Source: Felis catus (taxonomy: Eukaryota). Taken from it: a DNA stretch of 64,000 nucleotides. Shown in pieces: positions 1 to 12,882 of this stretch. Below the pieces are notes generated by a model. The model was not told the origin of the DNA, searched no databases, and saw only the letters and a program-made list of their open reading frames with translations. The first letter of the stretch is position 1; each line of letters starts with the position of its first letter. The position numbers were made by a program, and so were the translations under genes. The DNA is taken from assembly GCF_018350175.1 (NCBI RefSeq), contig NC_058368.1:191582001-191646000 (forward strand), written 5' to 3'.

Positions 1-3
1 TTA

Positions 4-187
4 GGGGTTCCCCGGGTGGCTCAGTCTGTTAAGCATCTCTTGGTTTCAGCTCAGGTCATGATCTCACGATTCATGGGATTGAGCCTACGTGGGGTTCCAC
101 GCTGTCAGTGCTTGGGATTCTCTGTCTCCCTCTCTCTCTGCCCCTCCCTTGCTTGCTCTCTCTCTCTCTCTTGAAATAAATAAATAA
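4..187 (+). mobile_element. CanSINE (SINEC) tRNA-derived SINE
   Basis: GGGTGGCTCAGTC A-box head, CAGGTCATGATCTCAC, (CT)n tract, AATAAA tail. Confidence 0.93.
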
Positions 188-189
188 CT

Positions 190-760
190 GCCTTTATTCC
201 TTTGAGGATTCATCTCTCTTTATTTTATATTCTACATGTGCTAATTCCAATAACTAAAAAAGGGGGGGGGGTATTTCCTGCTTTGTTTTATGATATCTCT
301 GATAATGGCTGGTTTTCTTGTGTATTTTTATCATCTTTGATTGTCGGATCACTTCTTTATCTTTACCCGTGGGATTCCTGTAGTCTCAAATAAGGCATGC
401 TTTCCTTAGAGAGGATTTGCGGTTGCTTTTGCTGAAAGCCACAGGAGGCTACCAACCTAGGACCATTTGGTCCCCTTCTGGTCCTGATTTCATGCAGGGG
501 TCAAGTTCTCATTTCTTGTTTCCAACCGGCTTACTCAAGGCTGATCCTCAGATACAGAGCTTTATGGGTATTTGCCTCAGAACAATTCTCGTCATCCTCA
601 CTTGTTCCTTGCTCAGTACGTTCTACTTGAATTTCTGCTCAAGCTTTGTGTTTGTTTTCTTTGGGGTGGTGGTTGGGTATTTGGAGGGTTAGGGATTTCC
701 CTTACTCCAAATCTAGCAGTTCATTAAACCTAGGTTTAACCATGATCTACGTATTTTATA
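190..760 (-). mobile_element. Degraded old L1/HAL1-like fragment
   Basis: T-rich strand bias and weak resemblance to the antisense 5' region of old L1M/HAL1; family uncertain. Confidence 0.35.
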
Positions 761-1980
761 CTTAGACCCTTTGAGACAGTCTGCCAAGTGAAAGCATAAA
801 ATAACTATTTTTAATTTACTGTTGTAAGAGTTCAGTTGATATAATCCGGGTCATATAAAACTGTTCACTATCCATTATATGGTGGCTCTCTGATGACACG
901 TTAGAAATGCCATCCAATTATGTCACTCCTACCTAATCACTTCCTTCTCTGGATCCTAGAGAATTCACTGTCTGCAAGCATCCAGTTTAAGTCTTAACTA
1001 TAAACAATAGTTTATCGTTCTCAATATGCTCTGGGTAAGTGTATGCAATCTCTAAGTTCTCCAAAGTCAGAAAGCATTGTCTTTACTTGTCTTCTATTCT
1101 CCCAGGACCCCAAGGACAAAAGTTCTTTGACCAAAAAATAATTGTTGGTAATTTCATGTGTTAAAAAAGAAAAGCTCACACAATTGAGTTAAAAATAGAA
1201 TTCTTGAAAACAAGCACAAAAGAGACACAATTACAGATCTTCTCTTTTCCAAAACAATTCATCCATTTATCACAAGTAAAATCAATGATGAGAAATATAA
1301 ATACCCAGCCCCCTTCTTAAAACTACAATTTAAACTGTTCACAGCAAAACTTCCTGGAGGAGGTGGGAGGGGAAAGGGTACCACCAATGCCTTGAGGGAA
1401 AATGAAACTCTTAACTTTGCACATAATAAATTGCATTTGTTTCTGTATGAATCTCCCTCTCTATCACATTCTTAAACAAGTGATGGGAAGCAGAAATCTA
1501 TTTCCTCCTCCAAGAGGAACAACCAAAACAGACCTAATGATACAAGCACAATCCCTTAGTGAATAAAATTACAAAGAGTCTAGCTACTCGGGTCCAATTT
1601 GTAATCAGAGCATCAAGCCATACTGTACGAAAATGTCAATTCTGGCGCAGCCTTGATGAGCTAAGATTGAACGCAGGGGCCAGTTTATCATATTCTCCCG
1701 ACTGCCCTCTTTTAAAGCTGGCAGGTTCAATTTGAGTACAAAAGCGTTTTCAGTTTGAGGGATTTTGCATCTGAAAAGGAACCACCGGACTGATAGTGTT
1801 TTTCACGGCTATGTTATTTTCTTAACAGAAATAAATGCACAGTAAACATCCAATATAAATATTTTCTCAAAATCAAGTAGTCCTATATATATGTTTCCAT
1901 AACACTCTTCCCTGGGATGTATAAAAATAAAAATCTTGCTAAGAGTTGAGATATTTTTGCTGTTAAAAATGTGTGTCCTT

Positions 1981-2192
1981 GGGGCGCCTGGGTGGTGCAG
2001 TCGGTTAAGCGTCCGACTTCAGCCAGGTCACGATCTCGCGGTCGGTGAGTTCGAGCCCCGCGTCAGGCTCTGGGCTGATGGCTGGGAGCCTGGAGCCTGC
2101 TTCCGATTCTGTGTTCCCTCTCTCTCTGCCCCTCCTCCGTTCATGCTCTGTCTCTCTGTGTCCCAAAAATAAATAAAAATGTTAAAAAAAAA
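1981..2192 (+). mobile_element. Young felid-type CanSINE (SINEC_Fc-like)
   Basis: Full head GGGGCGCCTGGGTGG, many intact CpGs, CT tract, A tail, perfect TSD AAAATGTGTGTCCTT on both flanks. Confidence 0.97.
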
Positions 2193-3212
2193 ATGTGTGT
2201 CCTTCAATAAAAATATATTAACACATTTCAAGCATTTTGATACAGTCTGCTTTTATCTCTGTCTTTTGAGCTGGTGGGGGTAGCATGGAAGGAACACATT
2301 AAGGCAGGGTGGGGACAGAAGAACTGGCTGGTATTAACTCTGGGCTATTTCATTTCATTCTATTTCATTCAAAACAACAGATCTTAAAGCTGACAAAAAC
2401 CTCACACTTTGAATACAAAGTAAAAATTCCTCCCTCCTTTGGCTGGTATGGAAATTCCCTTAAAACTGGCTGTTTTACAAATTTCACTGAGTTCTCTGTG
2501 CGCCCATTAGGAGGCAGCTGCCCCGTTATTTTCACACTAGCCAACCTAGTGAGTTTGTTTTCTGATTCATTCATTTATTCAAGTGTATGTTCCTTCACTG
2601 AACATTTACTGGGTCCTTTGCTGTTTCCTTCCAACTCGCCAGAACTATAGGCAAGAGAGTTTCACTGAAAACTCCTGAACTCTAATATATTCATAGATAG
2701 GAAAATCTATTTTCTTATAATTGAGAAATCGCCATGTAGAGCCTTCTTCAAACCTTCTAGAGAACCCTAGTTGGAACATTTCTATTTGTGCAGCACACCT
2801 ATCCATTGGCCTAATGCACCTCTTTCCTAGGAACCGAGATGAACTACTATAGTTTCTACTTCAAGTACCACTAGCTTCCTTGCAGGTTCTCTTTTGTGAA
2901 ACTCACAATCCCTCCTCAGGGCCTGTGTACTCACTCTCCCTCTGCTTGGAAGGTTCTTTTAGCAGGTAACTCCTAGATAACATCTGGCTTACGTCTCAAT
3001 AACACACAATTGTTTATCATTCTCCACCTGTTTTGAGTAAGTAAATGCCATTTACAGATTCATCAAGGACTAGAAGCACTGTCTGTCTTTATCTGCTATC
3101 TTCCCAGGATCCCAGAGACAAATCCTCAACAAGAGGATGCCAAGATCCTCAACAAATAATTGTCCATAGTTTCATGGTGTGAAAAAAGTTCATACAATAG
3201 TGAAAACTTTTT

Positions 3213-3253
3213 CTTTTAAGAGAGAGAGAGCAGGGGAGAGAGAGAGAGAGCAG

Positions 3254-3331
<78 letters not shown>

Positions 3332-3457
3332 CCCAAACAGGCTCCATGCAGTCAGCACAGAGCCCAATGCAGGGCTTGATCTCAGAATTCATGAGATCAC
3401 AACCTCAACCCAGATGAAGAGTGGGATGCTCAACCAACTGAGCCAGCCAGGTGCCCC
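3213..3457 (-). mobile_element. CanSINE with expanded (GA)n microsatellite
   Basis: Reverse-complement head CTGAGCCAGCCAGGTGCCCC; long GA run at ~3220-3326. Confidence 0.93.
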
Positions 3458-4582
3458 ATCGTTTCTTAAAAACATGTGCAAATTCAGCTCAATTCACTGG
3501 GCCCTTCCCTGGCTTCACTCCCCCCCCCCCCCCACACACACTCACACACACAAGCAGGTTCACTCCAGACTTTAGGCCCTTTATCACTACAGTTGACCAC
3601 AGCTAAATAAATCCCAGCACATCCATTATACAGCTCAGAAAAATAAAAAGGCAGCTCAGTACAAACATATGTCAACATTCACCAAGATGTACCATTTAAA
3701 TTTTAAAAAACGAGGTCTGTTTTAGGCTGTCATTCACATGAAAGAGGAAAATCATGTGCATATTGTCCCCAGATGTAGTAGGGAAAATGCAGAACACACT
3801 AGAATCATGGTTGTACCAAGAAAGAGGGAACTGAGGACTTGGGATCAGAAATGGAAGAATGCTTCCTTTTTGCCAATTTGTATTGGTTAGCATTTTACCA
3901 TTTGCACACAGTGTTAAGTTAAAACTTGCCATTTTTTAAAAGGTCTGCTGCCCATCCCAGGACTCATCAGAGCTTCCAGAAAGAGTTCTTTGTACACCCA
4001 GAACGGCAAAGCCAGGCTCTCATAAGCTCTTCGTATTAATGTCTTTAAACCTAAGAGTAATGGCCTCTGAGTTGAGAAGGAGGAGTGGCCAGAGAGAGAG
4101 GGGTATAGGGAGAGAGGACCTCCTAGGTGGCATTAATGCTTCTTCCATCCTCCAGTATCACAGCCTAAATCATATGATCAATACGTCTGTGGAGGTCCAC
4201 GGAGGAGCCACCACCAGCTCTGCCTCTCCAAAGACCCTTTAAGCCACAAACACCCACCACCAAACTCATGCATCACAGATCAACTGTCACTCAAATCTCA
4301 CAAAAAGTCTCTACACGAAGGGAGTGAGTCAAGTTTAAGTCAGAAGGCAGATACCATGAGCAATCAATGACAACAATCCACTATCAGACTGATGCTAAAT
4401 TATGGTCCAGCATCCACAATCAAAGATGCCTTTACTCGTAAGTGTGAGTGGGCACCGGGAGCCCAGGTCTAACACTGGCTCTGTACTAGCTCGTCATGGT
4501 ACCTTGGACCAGGGAAAATAGTTATCCTTCCCCGGGCTTCACTTTCTCCACCTCTAAAAATCTATAGTGGCTGATTAGGTAA

Positions 4583-4935
4583 GCAGTTTTCAGATTGTGA
4601 GTTTCACACCATTAGTTGTGAAATCAATTTTATGGGTCACAGCAAAATTTTTTTAAAAAAATAACTAGAATAGAATGGAAAGCATCAGAGTATATCACCC
4701 ATGTTAAAGGTAAGTATCATTTTTTGAAACTTTTGTCTCATGTATATTTGTGAGTATGTTGTATCTGTATGTGGGTATGTGCACAGTAATAGAACAGGAA
4801 ATACCACAAAATAAACACAGTCAAGGTAAGTGTTATTTTTTTAAAAAAACCTTTATGTCTGTTGTGTGTGGCTATATACTAGATAAGGATGTAAACCATT
4901 TCTTCATGTACATTATAGTCATTTGAAAGCCACAG
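4583..4935. mobile_element. hAT-Charlie non-autonomous DNA transposon (MER112-like)
   Basis: Motifs GAAATCAATTT..TGGGTCAC, TAGAATAGAA, GGTAAGTAT..GAAACTTTTG, TTTGAAAGCCAC; related copy in opposite orientation at ~16280-16535. Confidence 0.6.
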
Positions 4936-5649
4936 GACAAGACAGATGTTCTCTAAGCTCCTTTCAAGCTAGGAATTTTCTAAGTCAACTGGAGACAGTA
5001 TGACCTAGTGAACTTCGAACCTAAGAAAAGCCTGGGTTCAAAGCCCTGCTGTACACTGTCAGTGGTAACGATTTGGTGCACATTAACCTTTCAAGTGTCA
5101 GCTTCCTTAGCCTTCTCTGAAGATCCCACTTGGAGACGGGGGTGTCTGGGAATAGGGAAAAGGAAGAGATCATGTTCCCTCCTGCCCTTTTGCATTGCTG
5201 CTCCCCAATATTTTCCTGCTCAGACTACTACTTTCTTTCTTACTATTCTAGGCAGATCCTGCCCAACTTTGGGGTATATTTGTCAATCTATGGTAACATC
5301 GCGAGTCCCGTACCTGTAACTACAACACTGGGCTACTGGGCATATGAAACGAGGAAAAAAAAAAAAAAAAACATGGAAGGAACTTAGGACCACCTCAGTA
5401 CATAGTAGGACCTCAATAAATGGCAATAGTAATAGTCAAATTAGAAGCCATAGTAACAGGTGGTGGTGGTAGTGATGATCGAGTTTATCCTTAATGGCTA
5501 TCAAAATGCCTCCAGCAGGGTCAGACATATGGATGAGATAGTAGGTCTAAACGGATGAAGTAACTAAATGATATCCTGCTCAGAAAGTTTTACATTTTAA
5601 TAGAGGACCACAAAATATTCCAAATTATTTGAATCCCAAAGTAATTACT

Positions 5650-6053
5650 TTTTTTTTCATTCCAAGATTGTATTTAAATCCAAGTTGGTTAACATAGAGT
5701 ATAGCATTCATTTCAGGACTAGAATCTAGTGATTCAACACTTTCATATAACACCCCGTGCTCATCACAAGTGCCCTCCTTAATGCCCATCACCCATTTAG
5801 CACATCTCCCACCCACCTTCCCTCCAGCAATACTCAGTTTGCCCTCTGTAATGAATAGTCTCTTATGGCTTACCACCCTCTAGGTTATTTTTATTTTTCC
5901 TTCCCTTCCCTTCCCCTATATTCACCTGTTGTGTTTCCTAAATTCCACATGAGTAAAATCATATGGTATTGAAATCATACCATTTGCAATGACGTGGATG
6001 GAACTAGAGTGTACTATGCTAAATGAAATCAGTCAGAGAAAGACAAATACCAT
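5650..6053 (-). mobile_element. 5'-truncated carnivore L1 3' end with inverted 5' segment (5971-6053)
   Basis: Poly-T, antisense L1 3' UTR, then sense GAAATCATACCATTTGCAATGACGTGGATGGAACTAGAG; TSD AG(T/G)AATTACT at 5640-5649 and 6054-6063. Confidence 0.9.
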
Positions 6054-7032
6054 AGGAATTACTCCTTCATGGAGGGACTTTAGGAACCCAGACAAGGTAG
6101 GAAAGAGAGTAATTCATTCTGGTGGTAGGGATACAAAGAAAGATGCCTCTCCCTTGCACCCAGTCCTTGAAGACCAAATCATAAATAGCACCAACCATTT
6201 CAGACTGATTGTGGTTGAGAGGAAAGAGAATTCTTAACGGGGACTTCTCTCCTTGAATAATCACAATTTTGTTACTTTTGGTTGGTTTGGGCAAACACTT
6301 TGGGATGCGGGGAAGGTGCTATGTTGAGAGATTTCTGCTGCCTTGTCAGCACTGATTATAATGTTTCCAAAAGATCATCCACAATACATCGCACCAATGA
6401 TCTGTGTCTTACTGTCTCCATGATATTGACACCATGTGATAAAGATCTGTGTGTTAACAATGTCAGAGTAACTGCCTACACTTCTGTGCCTGTGGATGTA
6501 TTTAGGCTGGTCCATTTAGTCAGACACCAAAGCATCCTGGAGGGAGACACAAAGGTCCTAAGGTGACTACATCCCACATAAAAAAAAAAAAAAAAAAACA
6601 GTCAAGAAGAAAGAGGAGCCTTATCTGAACCACTATTTTGCCAGCAACCCTCAGCCAGGGGTTTGGCAATGCACTTCCATATATCCTTAAATCTCCCTGA
6701 AATATTATGTTTGAACATCAGAGGAAGATCCCTGTCAAGCCTCATTTCCTTGTTTGAAAAGCAGACTGGGAATCCCAGAAGCCCATGTGACCTTGGCAAC
6801 ACAGGACCTGCTACCATGCTCTCCTGCAAACTTCTCTGAAACTTGGGGTTTGTCCTAGCTACACACTACCTCAATCTTGCTTTCCTCCTTTCCAGCATGG
6901 GCTTGATCTTGGAATTCTTCAGAGGCCAGGCTGTGTCTGTGCAGATGGCTTGCAAGAATGCTTTCGAAGCAAACAAGTAGCTTACCACAGATGTGTTAAC
7001 GACTCTCAGCTGTGCATTAAGAGTCCTGAGCT

Positions 7033-7273
7033 GGGGCGCCCGGATGGCGCAGTCGGTTAAGCGTCCGACTTCAGCCAGGTCACGATCTCGCAGTCCGTGA
7101 GTTCGAGCCCCGCGTCAAGCTCAGGGCTGATGGCTCAGAGCCTGGAGCCTGTTTCTGATTCTGTGTCTCCCTCTCTCTCTGCCCCTCCCCCGTTCATGCT
7201 CTGTCTCTCTCTGTCCCAAAAATAAAATAAACGTTGAAAAAAAAAAATTAAAAAAAAAAAAAAAAAAAAAAAA
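7033..7273 (+). mobile_element. Young felid-type CanSINE (SINEC_Fc-like)
   Basis: CpG-rich full head, long poly-A, perfect TSD AAGAGTCCTGAGCT. Confidence 0.97.
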
Positions 7274-8234
7274 GAGTCCTGAGCTAGCAACCAGAAGCCT
7301 CTGGAGCTCACGATAGCTCTAGCATCTATTTGCTGGATAACCTCAGAAAAGTCCTTTCCTTCTCCGGGCCTCAGTATTCTCTCCTACAAGCTGGTAGAAC
7401 TAGATTATCTCTATCTTTGGTTCTAACCCCAGAAGTCTATTTTTCAAACTTTTGGGCTGAGAAAAAAAAGTGTTTTTCTGAGAAGCTAATTAACTGTACA
7501 GATAAAATCACGTTAACTTATATATCAGAATGTCCCTTCTAATTATACCTTCAGCAACATCACAATGGAACTTGCCCAGAGCTACCAACATAGTTAATCA
7601 ACAACTCTGATACCATTACACTCCTTCTATCTGAAGAACTGCTGCCTCTGGGAACATATTATACTTTATGGTTTGCAGTTCCAGTGGTTGGATGTTTGTC
7701 TTTTAGAGTTTAAACACAATGGTCACTTTTTCTGGGCCACCAAGAATTAGCTCAAAGTTACAATTGGTCATTCAAAAGTATTGTGTGAGTTTTCTGTATG
7801 TCATGTACTGTCCTGGCCCCTGTAGATACAACTTCAATTAAGACAAGATTCCTGAACTCAAGAAGCCTATACATAGACTAAGTAGCATATAGAGAAAAGT
7901 AAAGAGAAATGTACATACACTACAGTTTAAGTAGAGGAACACATTATAAAGACTCGTAACCCAGCCATTGAGTCAGGGAACTCTTACTAATCCATGAAAC
8001 TCGTACCAATTCCTGGAAAAGCACAAGAAAATTTGGGGAGGTAAAGTAACTACCTAAAAGTTATCCCCCCCAATTCAAAAGATCCCCACCTAGAACTGTT
8101 CTACATCATGTTCTATGTAATGGATTTAATTAAAATACAAACCAGAAAGAATATGTTGCATACGCAGCATCATTTCTTAACGTGTAAGAAAACAACAGGG
8201 ACTCGAACCAATGCAACAGTAAGACTCTGAGGAA

Positions 8235-8385
8235 GTTTAAAAGGACAGATCTGGATTTCAAGTCTCCATCTGTTACTCAGGATCTGGGTGACATGGGCAA
8301 GTTGCTTAACCTCTGTGTTGTCAGTTTCATCCACAGTTAAATGGAGCCTGGCACAGGACAAATGTTTAACAAGTACCACCTAATA
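8235..8385 (+). mobile_element. MIR fragment
   Basis: Core GTGACATGGGCAAGTTGCTTAACCTCTGTG..CAGTTTC.. Confidence 0.7.
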
Positions 8386-9504
8386 GATGAGTCCTTACCA
8401 CATGCCAGATGCTGCGCTCAACACTTCAGTCCCTGACGAAGATAAGTCCTAGCAGCATGCACAGAAGGAGCATCCCGTTACTGTCTTCAATGCCCAGGGG
8501 AAGAGACAGAGGCTTAGGGAAATTCTATAAGCCGATGGAGGTCACGACAGCCAGCAAGTTGGAGGCAAGCCTTAATCCCTAGTTGTCTGCATTCTAAGCC
8601 CCAGTCTTAACCACTAACGGTGTTTCTACCTTCTACTTCTCCATTGCCAGCCATGCCAGAAAAGTAGGTTTTCACCACTGAAATGGCAAAACATTCCCAG
8701 TGTATTAAAGACGCAGTAACTACCTGTATATTCCTTGGTTTGTGTTCTAGTCAAACACCTGCCATTATTTAAAACACATGTTATCAGACAATTGCTTATC
8801 AAAGCCACCTGAGTCTCCATTACGATTCTTCAATAAGAGGTCAGGGTTAAAAGCAACAGATTCAGAGGATAAATCTGGATCTGAAAAGGGAAAGATGACA
8901 AAACAGTTTGCTGGACAAGATGTCTGGCCCCTTTGGCCACTTTTCAATGAAATGGAAGGGAAAAGATGTTGAGGTCACTGAGAAAACAATTTAAGTGGGC
9001 CAGAAAGAGACACAGTGTGTGTGATGGCCCCTTTTCACCTGCAGGAGACACTGACATAGTCTGAGGCAGTCAAAAGCGTAATAATGAAGAGGAGGAAAGG
9101 GGTTTTCCTTACACCACAGCTAGATCCACTAAATTGGGAGACAGAGCTTGACACTTTTTGACACAGCAGCACATTGGCCTGGCTCACGGTGTCATTTTGT
9201 GTCAAGTATTAGTACAAATACCGACACTGATGCATTGAAGGAGCATTTGATGTTTCCTTAAATGGTTTCCGACTTGGCACAAGAAAAACCAAGTGTAACA
9301 AACATCAATGTGAGTGCTATACCTCTCAAAGAGCTTTCAAAGTTGCCTCTGGGTTGACCAGCTTGTTTCCTTACGCATGGAACATTAGCAAGAGCTGCAG
9401 AACACACAGAGGATACTACTTTTTGTGTGTCTGCTTTGCTGGGGGGGGGGGGGACTTGAAGAGCTCTTGAAGCCGTTTGAAAGTCAGAATCCAGGAGCTA
9501 CAGA

Positions 9505-9675
9505 ATAACTGGGGCAAATGGTAATGTGCAGATGCAGACTTGGGGCACCGATAAAATGGGCTCTTTGCCCCAAGGTTTGGATTCAGTAAGCCTCTGTTGG
9601 GTTCCAAGAGCTTGAGTTCCGATTGAGATGCTCATGTGACCTTGATGATCAGCCAGGTGCAATCAGCACTGGTCT
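9505..9675. mobile_element. MER5-like hAT-Charlie MITE
   Basis: TGCAGAT..GATTCAGTAAG..GTGACCTTGATG..CAGCCAGG..GCACTGG pattern. Confidence 0.5.
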
Positions 9676-10057
9676 GATGGGGAAAAGGCTGGACTGAAAC
9701 TCAAGCTATCAGGGTGCTAGTCCCAGTTCTGCTACCTCCTGGGTGTGGGATCTCTGGGAAGTCACTTCTTTGTTTTTTCAGCCACTTCTTTCCCTCAATT
9801 GATAAAGCGGGGGAGAGAGAGTCCGTGGGAAAGATCTCCAAGGATCTCTCGCTCCATCAGTCTCGAACATAGTGTAGGGGTTAAGGGCTACCACAGAGCA
9901 TAATTAGGACCTTAGACCCTCAAGGCACCGAACCTTGGTCCCCGTTTCAGCACTGCTGCTCTCCAGTTGCCGGACAACTTCTATCATTTCTCCAGGACAA
10001 GTAATATAATTTCTAACTCTCAGTTTCCTCAGCTGTAAGTATAAAATGCCGATGATA

Positions 10058-10260
10058 GGGGCGCCTGGGTGGCTCAGTCGGTTAAGCTCCCGACTTCAGC
10101 TCAGGTCATGATCTCACAGCTTGTGAGTTCGAGCCCCATGCTGACAGCTCAGAGCCTGGAGGCTGCTTCGGATTCTGTGTCTCCCTCTCTCTCTACTCCT
10201 CCTCTGCTCATGCTCTGTCTCTGTCTCAAAAATAAACAAACATTAAAAAAGTTTTTTTTT
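10058..10260 (+). mobile_element. CanSINE inserted in a MIR
   Basis: Typical head/CT/A tail with a short internal deletion; degenerate TSD T(G/A)C(C/T)GATGATA; MIR halves on both sides (~9870-10395). Confidence 0.93.
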
Positions 10261-10644
10261 TTAATACTGATGATAAAAAAAAAAAAAAAACAGCACTTAC
10301 GGCATAGTTTCTTGTGATTAGTTTTGTGTGAAATAGGCAGTGCATGAAGAGTGCCCAGGACAGTGCCCTGCTGAGTGCTCAATAGCTGTTAGTTGTGGAT
10401 ACCCCTGCCAAGGTCAGCCAGAAGAGCTTCCTGCTGTCCCCTGGAGCTACTGTGATTAATGAGGTTCAGGGAAAGGTAACCCTGGCTGCACAATCCTTGG
10501 TCTTGTCCTTTTATCAAGAGAAATTCAAAGGAAATGAGCTTTTTGGGAAAGGGTGGGATATTGGAGGGAGGGCATTAAGTCACGCCTCTTAAGAGGAAAC
10601 GTGGGGACAAATTTGAGAAAGGCATTATACAATCTATACCATGT

Positions 10645-10775
10645 TTATCAAAGTGTGGTTCAGGGATGATGTGCTGTAGAACCAACCGGGCGGTCATTAA
10701 AAAAGCCAATTCCTGTCCCTACTGGATCAGACTCCCAAGGGGGTGGGTCCAGCAATCTGTTTTTCTCACGAGTTA
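10645..10775. mobile_element. MER5A-like MITE
   Basis: TCAAAGTGTGGTTC..ATCAGACTC..GGGTGGGTCCAGCAATCTGTTTTT. Confidence 0.6.
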
Positions 10776-12750
10776 CACAGGAGTTGGAGGATCACTGGCA
10801 AATATAGTTGATGAAAAAATCCTCCCCCTAATTCTCCAGTCCTGTGTTTACCCGGGAGGAGGGAGGGGAGAACAACACAGTGAAGGCAAATTAACTTGTG
10901 CATCTGTGCATTTACCAAGAATCTAAACTTCTTACATTCTTGTCATCTCCAGTGCAGCTGGGTTCCAAGCAAGTGTCCAATTTGTGCATAATTCACAACT
11001 CCTCAGAGAAACAAACACTAGCCAAGGGCTGGCTACTTACGGATGTGGATTATGTCAACTTCCTTAGAATGGCAGCATAGTTTGTAAAAATTAAATCCAA
11101 GCAGTGAGTGCCTCTCCACTCCTCTGACTTCCCCTTCCTCGGCTCTGCTCTCCCACCCTGTCTTTCCTCCCCCACTGACTTCACCCCTGTTTCCACTGCT
11201 TTCCCTTTATGCTTTCTGTGCTCAGGCTCTTTTGTTCAGATTTATTTTCTTTCTCCCTTCCTTCCACTCCTCTCTCCTATGTTTGCCCCCTCTACCCTGC
11301 AGTTTTCCTTCTCTCTTTTGCCTCTTTCTCTCTCTCGTTTTGCCCCGGGGGTATATGTGTGTCTCTCTCTGATTCCCCTCCTGTTGTGTCTCTGTCTGTG
11401 GGTCTCTCCCTGTCTTTCTATCACACACAATACCTCATTGCTCCTTCCTCCACTTGATGCCTGGCTCTTGGCTCCCCTCTCACCAAGGAGCCTCCAGGGG
11501 GCACACTTCTGGGCAGGCAACCCTGTGCCCCATGCTAAGTCAGCCAGCGCCCTCTATAAGAGGTTCGGCCTACTTACAAGTTCTTGGATATCTGCTGCCA
11601 GAGACCCCCACTGAGGAGGGTCCTTCAAAGGAATAGAAACGAAATCTGGGCCGGGAAGATGCAGCAGCAACTACGGAGTAGAAACAGGAGGGCCCGACGG
11701 CTCTAGTACCTGCAGTGTCTCCCGCACGGGAAGTCACGGGGCCAAGCCTAGCAGTGGAGGGTTCTTCTGCAGTTTGGTTTGTCTATCACTCCATTTCCAA
11801 GATACACAGGAGGGCAGGCAGTGCAGTGGGGGTGCCAAGAGGGTGGTTGGGAAAGCTTCAGCCTCTTAAAATTTCTATCAGTCTTCTCAGAGCCCACTAA
11901 CCTCCTCAAAACACAAACTCTAAATAAAAATTGTGTGTCTGCTTTGCATGTAGCCTCCAGACCACGCTACAACCCCCGACAACCCCCCAGCTGCCCCTCC
12001 ATCTACCAACCCTAACCCATCTCTAAGCACCTCTTTTATAGACATACCAGAGCTCCTGCCAGGAGCAGGGGTACCTTTCCGGATCTGCAGTTAGGCAAAT
12101 TGAGGGACAGAGAAGTTGCACAGCAGGCTCCAGAAGATGTTCCTCTGGAGTGCCGCTATCAGGACCCAGAGTATTTTGCATACTGGAAAACACCAGAGGA
12201 TGGTGAGTTCACAAGAAACTTTTTTCAAGGCTGAACCACAGCCTCTCTCAATGTGAATCTCCGTCGGCAGGGGCAGAACTTCGTTCCTAGTTTCTTCCGG
12301 TGCAGCTCTCAAACTCGACGGGTCCGCACGCTAATCCGCGCCCACCACCTGTACACGCGCTTTCTCCCACCCTGAGCCCTCTCTCTGGGTCTTAGGATGA
12401 AAGTGTAGGAGGCCAGGCCGGTAAAGAAGAATAAACTCAGGCCATGGCTCCTAATGCTCCCGCAACTCCCCCCTCCCCTTGGTGGAGTATAGAGGGGCAA
12501 AATGCTGAGGTTTGGCCTGCTGCCCAGCCAAGGGAGCGGGAATACCCGCCACCAGGGACCGCAGAAGGCAGGGGCTCGCGTCCGAGGACCAGCCAAGTCC
12601 GCGTCGCCCCAGCTGAATGGCCCCTCAGTTGCCTGCAAGTTGAAACCTCAGTCAGGCACACAATGAGGCCGCTGTTTTCCGACAGGAGGCATTTGGATGC
12701 CTCACACACTCAGCCCAAATCGGGCCTGAGAGCAGAGCGCATTTCCTTAC

Positions 12751-12882
12751 CCATGTTCAGATGCGCCCCTGGATGCGGTTCAGTTGCGGTTCCCTTCCCG
12801 CGTGCCTGGCCACAGGAAGCCCGTGCAGGCCACCTGTTGGACTCTGTCCGGCCGCCCTAGATCTTGCGCCCTCAAACCCGCA
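12751..12882 (-). other. Candidate 132-nt minus-strand exon (second or alternative first exon)
   Basis: Minus-strand acceptor CCCTGCTTCTCAG| and donor ATGG|GTAAGG. Confidence 0.35.

Noticed and set aside
6067..6566. 75-aa and 94-aa ORFs in unique-looking sequence
   Set aside because: No recognisable homology or convincing splice-site pair; cannot be supported without a search.
11108..11614. 168-aa hydrophobic ORF
   Set aside because: Translation of a pyrimidine-rich low-complexity tract (L/S/P/F bias), GTG start, no family resemblance.
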